Assembly (NCBI GenBank): GCA_030390025.1
Contig: CM059430.1
Location: 61,194,001-61,258,000, forward strand
Direction of reading: 5' to 3'
From: Squalus acanthias
Taxonomy: Eukaryota
DNA length: 64,000 nt
The first letter of the stretch is position 1, and every line of letters begins with the position of its first letter. Positions 35,501-44,500 of this stretch are shown here, piece after piece. The notes below the pieces were generated by a model. The model ran no database searches and was not told the DNA's origin. It worked only from the letters and a program-made list of their open reading frames with translations. The position numbers and the translations under genes are program-made.

Positions 35501-38500
35501 GGCACATTGGATCCAAAATTGGCTTAGTGGCAGGAGGCAAAGGGTGATGGTCGAAGGTTGTTTTTGTGACTGGAAGCCTGTGTCCAGTGGTGTACTGCAG
35601 GGATCGGTGCTGGGTCCTTTGCTGTTTGTAGTGTACATTAATGATTTAGATATGAATGTAGGAGGTATGATCAGTAAGTTCGCAGATGACATGAAAATTG
35701 GTGGAGTGGTAAATAGCGAGGAGGGAAACCTCAGGCTACAGGACGATATAAACGGGATGGTTAGATGGGCAGAACCCTGAAAAGTGTGAGGGGATTCATT
35801 TTGGGAGCACAAACAAGGCAAGGGAATACACAATGAATGGTAGGACCCTAGGAAGGACAGAGGATCAGAGGGACCTTGGTGTGCATGTACATAGATCCCT
35901 GAAGGCAGCAGGACAGGTAGATAAGGTGGTTAAAAAGGCATATGGGATACTTGCCTTCATTAGCCGAGGCATAGAATATAAGAGCAGGGAGGTTATGATG
36001 GAGCTGTACAAAATGCTAGTTAGGCCACAGCTGGAATACTGTGTGCAGTTCTGGGCACCACACTATAGGAGGGATGTGATTGCATTGGAGAGGGTGCAGA
36101 GGAGATTCACCAGGATGTTCTCTGGGCTGGAGCGCTTCAGCTATGAAGAGAGACTGGACAGGCTGGGGTTGTTTTCCTTAGAGCAGAGAAGGCTGAGGGG
36201 GGACCTGATTGAGGTGTATAAAATTATGAGGGGCATAGATAGGGTAGATAGAAAGGAACTTTTCCCCTTAGTAGAGGTGTCAATAACCAGAGGGCATAGT
36301 TTCAAGGTAAGGGGCAGGAGGCTTTAGAGGGGATTTGAGGGAAAACTTTTTCACCCAGAGGGTGGTTGGAATCTGGAACTCACTGCCTGAAAGGGTGGTA
36401 GAGGCAGGAACCCTCACAACATTCAAGAAGCATTTAGATGAGCACTTGAAACGCCATAGCATACAAGGCTATGGACCAAGTGCTGGAAAATGGGATTAGA
36501 ATAGACAGGGCTTGATGGCCGGTGCGGACACGATGGGCCGAAGGGCCTCTTTCTGTGCTGTATAACTCTATGACTCTATGAACCTTGGAAAGTATCTGAC
36601 AGTATCAAATTTCTAACAAGCTCACAGAACAACAAACTTCTTTAAACTGTCATCTTTGTTATACATGTAGCAAATTACTGAATGTGCTGGTTAGTATTTC
36701 GCCTGTGTTTCTGCTTCTGTGAATTAGTTTATTTAGAAGGAATTAGCATGTACACAGCGCCTTTCATGATCTCAGGATGTCCCAGAGTGCTTCACAGCCA
36801 GTGGATTACTTTTGAAGTGTTATATAAGGAAATGTGGCAGAAAATTTGCACACAGCAAGCTCCCACAAACAGCAATGAGATAATGGCCAGATAATCTGTT
36901 TTAGTAATGTTGGTTAATGGATAGATGTTAGCCAGGACACCAAGAGAACTCCCCTGCTCTTTGAATAGTCCAATTTATCCTTTGTGCCCACCTGAGCGGG
37001 CAGATGGGGCCTCGGTTGAAGATCTGAAAGACAGCATCTCCGACAGTGCAAAGCACCCTCAATACTGCACTTAAGTGTCAGCCTAGATTATGTCCTCAAG
37101 TCTCGCAACCTACTGACTCAGGCTAAAGTGCTACAACTGAGCCAAGGCTGGCACTGTAAATAAACCTGAGTACTAGTTTAAGCTGTGCAAAGTGGTTGAC
37201 TATCTTCCACTTATTGAATTGACGCGGGATGGAGTGGGCATCCTATGTGTTCTCCAGTAAGCATGATCATGGTTAACAGTTAGCCCTGGGCTATGCAGCA
37301 GAGGCTAGTTTCAATTTGTAAAATGTTTTCTGCTTGTGGAAACTTTTGAGGTGCTTGCATGAGAAAGTGGTGGTGGTAAAAACCCAAAGTGTATCATTGG
37401 CTTAGTACGAAAAGGTTAGAAATGTCTGGTTGGATCTTAGCATGAAACAGAGAAATCCAATAACTGTCTCGCACCTTGTGGTGCCTGTCTCATGCAGACA
37501 CATTAAACCTTTTAGTGTCTGGGTTGCAATCACTTCTCATACACCAGTTTACATCATACATGTACAGAACTTGACTTTGAGACATGAACTGTACTGTATT
37601 GGGTGCACAGTATTGCCTTTTACCTGATGTGTACTGTAAATGGTGAAGAATTGACACCAAGACACATACTTTATGGTCACATATTGGAGTGACTTCTTGT
37701 CTTTTTCCTGATGTGTACTGTACATGCAAGGGAGCTGACACTCAGATCTATGTGAGCCATACAGGTATGTAATTTGTGTTCAGCTGATACCAAGAAATAC
37801 ATGAGCCATGCAGTATTAGATGGAGTAAATGGTGCTTTTTTTTTACCAGCAATGTACCGTACAAATGGAATTGCCGTTACCGTGTTGGCACCCCAGAGTG
37901 TAACCATAACACCCACATTTTCCTCCACTTGTGCAGAAAGAAAAGTTTCAGATGGTGTGTGAGGCTTTGCACAGCCCGGAGATTAAATGGAAGAGAAGAG
38001 GACCTGCCAACAAGAGGTAGGTGAATCAGAACTCTGAGAACATTGGCGCTCATGATATTAGAGCTACAGTGTGATTAAAGGCACATTTAACCAGTCGTAT
38101 GCTTTGCCAAGAAGCACCTGCAGAGAAGATGCAGCCGGGCATTTCTGTAACCCTGTATCAGACTAAAAATCAAGAGGTCTAAACCTGGAACAGAAGAGAA
38201 CGGCAATGTCACAACACTTCCTCGTTTTAGGAAAAGAAAATGTTATTGTTTGCACTACAATATGCATGGATTTCAAAAGGGAAAGTCTTGCTTGACCAAC
38301 GTTACTGAATTTTTTGAAGAGGTAACAGAGAGAGTAGACAATGGCAATTCAGTAGATGTAATTTATCTGGATTTTCAAAAGGCTTTTGATAAGGTATCCC
38401 ATAATAGACTGATGAACAAGGTCAGAGAATGTGGAGTCAGGGGACAAGTAGCAGAATGGATTGCTGGCTGGCTTCAGGACAGAAAGCAGAGAGTAGGAGT

Positions 38501-41500
38501 AAAGGGTAGCTATTCACAGTGGCAGAAAGTGGGAAGTGGTGTTCCACAAGGATCAGTGCTGGGACCACTGTTGTTCACAATTTACATTAACAATTTAGAC
38601 TTTGGAATCAAGAACACAATTTCTAAATTTGCAGATGATGTCAAATTGGTGGGGATAGTCAATACTGAGGAGGATTGCAACAAGTTACAGGAGCACATTA
38701 ATAAACTTTCAGAATGGGCATATAATTGGCAAATGAAGTTCAACACAGATAAATGTGAGGTATTACATTTTGGTAGGAAGAATAGGGAGGTCGCATCACT
38801 TGGAGGGTGCGAGTCTAGGTGGAATAGAGGAACAAAGGGATCTTGGAGTACAAATACACAAATCACTAAAAGTTGCGACACAGGTTAGCAAGGCCATAAA
38901 AAAAGCAAACCAAGCACTAGGGATTATTTCTAGAGGTATAGAATTGAAAAGTAGGGAAGTTATGCTAAACCTGTATCAAACCTTGGTTAGACTACACTTG
39001 GAGTACTGCGTACAGTTCTGGTCGCCATATTATAAAAAATATATAGAGGCACTGGAGAGGGTGCAGAGAAGATTTACAAGGATGATACCAGAAATGTGAG
39101 GGTATACATATCAGGAAATTATGAACAGGCTGGGTCTCTTTTCTCTTGAAAAAAGAAGGCTGAGCCTTCTCTTGAAAAAAGAAGACCTAATAGACGTCTT
39201 TAAAATATGAAAAATTTTGATTGAGTGGATGCAGAGAAAATGTTTCCACTTGTGGGGAAGAGCATAACTAGAGGCCATCGATATAAGACAGTCACCAAGA
39301 AATCCAATAGAAACTTCTTTACCCAAAGAGTGGTGAGAATGTGGAACTCATTACCACAGGGAGTGGTTGAAGCGAATAGTATAGATGCATTCAAGGGGAG
39401 GCTGGACAAGCATACGAAGGAAAAGGGAATAGAGGGTTATGCTGATATTTAGATGAGGAAAGACTGGAGGAGGCTCGTGTGGAGCATAAACGCTGGCGTG
39501 GACTGGTTGGGCTGAATGGCTTGTTTCTGTGCCGTATATCCTAAGTAAGTACAAAAATTTTAAAGCTTTATTAAATTTCACTGTCTTTCCCTTTTCTTCC
39601 ACATACCGAGAAGGTGGGATTTACAACCTGCTCACAGGCTCTGCCAGCAGGTGGCTAGGGTTGTATAATAGGCCTGCCTTTGACCCTCCTAATTTTTTAA
39701 TCCCCACAACAGTATCGATGATGGGCTCTGCTCAGTTGTACAGTTGAGCATCTTTCCCTTTGCTCAGTGATGCTATGCGTTGTTGCTATAACACACTGTG
39801 CTTCCCTCCAAAAACATTTTGTGTTTTCAACAGACCCCATGGGAAGGAAACTCAAGCTTTTGCTTGTAGTGGTTTGGGTGGGGGCAATTATCTATCTATC
39901 TCTCCATCTATCTTTTAAAAAAAAATCCTATCCCTGTGTGAATACGTGTCTGCGTCATGTCATGTTACAGAGTCCTTTGGGACTTGCTATTTGGTTTGTG
40001 ATTGTCATGTGGTATTATCATCCCTGCTCCCATCTGACTTTGCAGCTAGCCTTCCCTTGTCTTCTCCCAGCCTGATTCTGCCTCCCTCCTTGCCACAGTC
40101 TGCCACGCTCATGGTCTGACTACCACCTTACGCACATCCTCACTGACCTCAACTGGAGGCCCAGCCTTGGCCTGCATCCTATGCCCAAGTATACATGACA
40201 TATCCTGCTGATGTTAAGGTACGTGTCTGGTCCTTTTAGCATTGAGACATGTGAGAATCCCGGTTGGTGTTGAAGTATGTTGCAGACTTTTGAGATATGA
40301 CGGGTACCACTGCACCATTGAAATAAATGACAAACCTTGTTAGTGTTGAGGTATCTGGCCCTTTTATTTTTCAGATATGTGACAGGCCCTGTGATATTAC
40401 CTCTTTGTTTTATAGATGCTATGATCAAGCAGAGGAAGATGGCCTCCCTGACATTCTTGCCAAGTGTATGGAGCTGTTTTGTTCTGAGGCCATGTTTCTG
40501 CTTCTGTCGAATTTTACTGGCTTAAAACTGCATTTCCTCGCAGCCTCAGATAATGATAATGATGAGGATGAGGATGAGGAGGAGGAGGAGCAGGAGGATG
40601 AAGTGGAGGAGTCTGATGGTAATGAACACGCATGCTCTAGCACTGAAAAAGACAGCAAATCTGATTCAACAGATCACAAAGGCGATGGGAGCAGAGAGGA
40701 AGAAAAGGTTGGGACAAAGGACAATGAGGTGCCAGAAGAGAGTCCGAGAAGTAAGCTTTACTGAAAAGCATTCTAAAAGTCTAGCAGGTGAATAAGTGCT
40801 CTTCTGGGTTCAGAACTGATGAGATTTGAAGCCGTTTTGGAACTGAGGCCAGTAAAATAATTATATTAAAGCTCTGCTTTTAGAAGCCACTGTTGGTGTT
40901 TGGAAATATTTTACCCCCAAACTCCTGAGAATAATATAAACTGTGCAGGATATACAGCAACAGGACAAAATAAAATAAAAGAATATTCAACAATCTCAGC
41001 TAATGAGATTGCAGATTGCTGTGAGTTGAAACACATTTACTTGCATATGTACAGCATGCATGGAATTCAGTACTGTGAGTTTCAATGGATGGTTTAATTT
41101 ACATTAGATAAGCTGTCCTAGTGGCCTAAATGGATAACGGCATGTCCTGGAGTAGTACTAAACCGTAAAGAATAGCCCTGATTAGCTGATGTTTGTGAAG
41201 CTGGTGAGTCCTTTGAGGACATTAGGGGCAATTTTATCCTAATATGCCAGTCGGGAAGCTGACTGGATCGGGTGTAACGCTGGTTTTACACCTTGCCCGA
41301 TATTATTCTCCACTGACTTCAATGGAGAATAAAATCGATTGGAATGTAAAACCAGCGTTACACCGGAACCTGTCAGTTTCTCGACGGGAGGATTAGGTTA
41401 AAATTGCCCCCATTGTTTCAGAAATCAATCCGACTAGATGAAGGCACGGAGAAGTGTTTAGTAACAACAGAAGTGAGGTAAGGGCATAAATGGGCATTGT

Positions 41501-44500
41501 TCTGGAGGCGGGAGAAGATGGTCTTGGCAACAGATTGAACAAAACGCTGAGATTACGCACCACTGGGTTCGGTCTCAATTTGCAGCTAGGGATGTTGATG
41601 GAGTCAGAGGCATGCAGATGCTGGCACGAGCCGAACAAGGTGTCATCAGTCTTGATGTTGAGCTGCAGGAAATTTCAGCTTCTCTCGGACTTGATGCAAC
41701 AGGCAGTCATATAGCACGGCAACATCTCTGGAGTCAGCGCTGGTGGTACAGAGTTGTGTGTTGTTGGCATACGTGTGGAAACTGAGGTCATGCTTTCACA
41801 TGATATGACTGAGGGGGTAGCATGCAGATGAAGAGTGGGTGAAGAAACCCTGAGCTTCCTCACTGAGTTGGAGCATGTTGCTGTAGGTTCACTTATGTAC
41901 GTCTGAGTAGCATTGACACTGGACTGAGACCAGGTCACCTGCATGTTGATTTTTTTTAAATAATTCATGGGATGTGGGCATCACTGGCAGGCCAGTATTT
42001 ATTGCCCATCCCTAATTGTCCTTGAGAAGGTGGTGGTGAGCCGCTGCCTTGAACCGCTGCAGTCCGTGTGGTGAAGGTACTCCCACAGTGCTGTTAGGGA
42101 AGGAGTTCCAGGATTTTGACCCAACAATGATAAAGAATTGGTGAATGTCCCAGGGAAAATAAATTAAAAAAAGTAGATAAGATATTAAAATTAAAAATAA
42201 CTGGTGGAGTTTGGCTCTTCACGTACTCAACAACAATGGGTTAAAGATTGTGAAGGTGCTTTCATTATGTCTGTCCTTCTCAGATCCTGGTGTTCCTGTT
42301 TGCCGAGGGGAATTACGACACTGGAGAAACGGATACTACACGCTTATCCATGATACCAACGTGGAAAATTCAGAGTTTGCCCTGGACCTGCTGTTGTGCT
42401 GTGGGTGTGAAGGTAAATGTTGCTAGTTTCAGTCTGCAACATGTGTATTAGTAACCTGCTTGTGGAGTTGGGATCACTAGGGACTCGAGAAGGATCTTGT
42501 AAATGTGGTGGGAGGAGGAACAAAATTGGAGACAAATTGAAATAAAGTGTAAACAATAGTCTATTCCACTTCTGTGGAGGTATTGCTGTTCCATGTGGAT
42601 TTTATTATATATCAGTGCACCAGATACCTATCTTGAAAAGTAGTGTTTTTTTTTTAGTTTAACCTGCATATTTACCTAAGGTTTAGTGTTACTGGCTGCT
42701 ACTATATGCAGACTTTACAAGCTGTACGAATCAGATGTGCCCGCAGTTGTTCAATATCTAGGTGAACATAATGTGGAGATGCCGGCGTTGGACTGGGGTG
42801 GACAAAAATGAGAAGTCGCACAACACCAGGTTATAGTCCAACAGATTTATTTTAAATTACAAGCTTTCGGAGCTGTCGCCCCTTCTTCAGGTAGGGTAGC
42901 TACCCTACCTGAAGAAGGGGCGACAGCTCCGAAAGCTTGTAATTTTAAATAAATCTGTTGGACTATAACCTGGTGTTGTGCGACTTCTCATTTTAGGTGA
43001 ACATAGTGAGACTTGGGCTGAACCAAGAACCCTAATCACTGTACTCCATATAGATCATATGTTACATGACCCCCCTTGCCTTTGATAGGTGGGAGAATAC
43101 AGCAGACTGTGGCTCAGGCTTTAAAACAGCAGAAACATGATTTAACGTAAAGAGGAAAATGAACAGTACTCGGTACAAACAGTATATTTACTGTAATTAG
43201 AATCTTTACTATTCTCAATGCCAAAGCAGCAAACACGCTAGCCCTTAATATAAAAACTAATATGGCACAAATTTAGGGCTGATGTCAGGAAAGTCTTCAT
43301 CGTGCAGTGATCAATGTATGTCATAAATCAGTGGAGGTGAAAACCCTGGAATCTTTTAAGAAAGAATGGAATGGGAGGAATTTAACATCTCTGGATGGAT
43401 GAATTAAGATGGGACAAGTGGCCTTCATCATCCGTGTGATCAGTTGCCTTACCTTCCCTAGAATTGGTGGAACTACACTCATTAGGAGCTACTGCACCCT
43501 TGGTCCCCAATGAGTTTAAATACCTCCCAAAGGTATTTATTGCATTCTGAGTTAGTGTTTAGTCCCCAACCTGTTTGGGTGAATTCCATTCTTCCTGTAA
43601 AGCTAAGAATCTCCAGAAAATATCTTAATTATCTACGCTTAGCACCCTTAATCTTAAATTTGTTGATCACTTTCTGGTAATAGTACTTTAAGAGTATAAA
43701 CGTTATTGATACTATTATAGTGTTTATTGGTTTTATTATAATAGTTATTCATGATAACACAAACTAATAAGAGAGTTTCCCTTTCGGGCCCCCTTTTTAA
43801 AAATCAAATTGCTGCACAGAATTATGATTTAACATTAACATCCTTTTTTGTCTGTTCATTTCAGTTTGATTTTAAATATGTTTATTTAAACTGCAATTAC
43901 TGACAGTGTTCTGGCTAAGAGTAGTTACTGAGATCAACTGTGTAACGCAAGCACAGTTGATCCGAATCATCCTTGGAGGGTTTATAATCTGTCTCTAATA
44001 ATTGTCTAGCAGCATTACGATTGACCTGGGTGGATTCCCTCAAGGCAGTATCCTCAATGGTATCATCAGTACTTTGGACAATGTTATTTATAATACCTAT
44101 ACCTGTGAACAGTGGCGATTTTGTAATGCAGACTATAACTCACATATTAGCAACTGTAGTTTGACTGGCGGACCTGCTGCCCTAAGGAGTTCAGGTTGGA
44201 CACTCTGCCTCGAAGAAGGTTGGGTTTGAATTGATTGCTTTCACTGGGTGATTTGCTTAGTTAGCCCACGGTATAGCGGTGGAGAGCAGTCTATTGAAAG
44301 GCGGGGGGAATAATTCTCAGAGCCTGGTTCGCCCTGCTGAAACCACCATCCTGTCCAATGATCATGGGATATATTTAAATGAGTGATTGTTGAAAACCCA
44401 ATGGCTGTCTTGCTATTGTGGGGAAAAGGAAAACATGGCATCGGAAGGCACCAGAAAGGGATCTGATTAGGAAAGTAAGCATGTCTTTTTCTCTGTTTCA

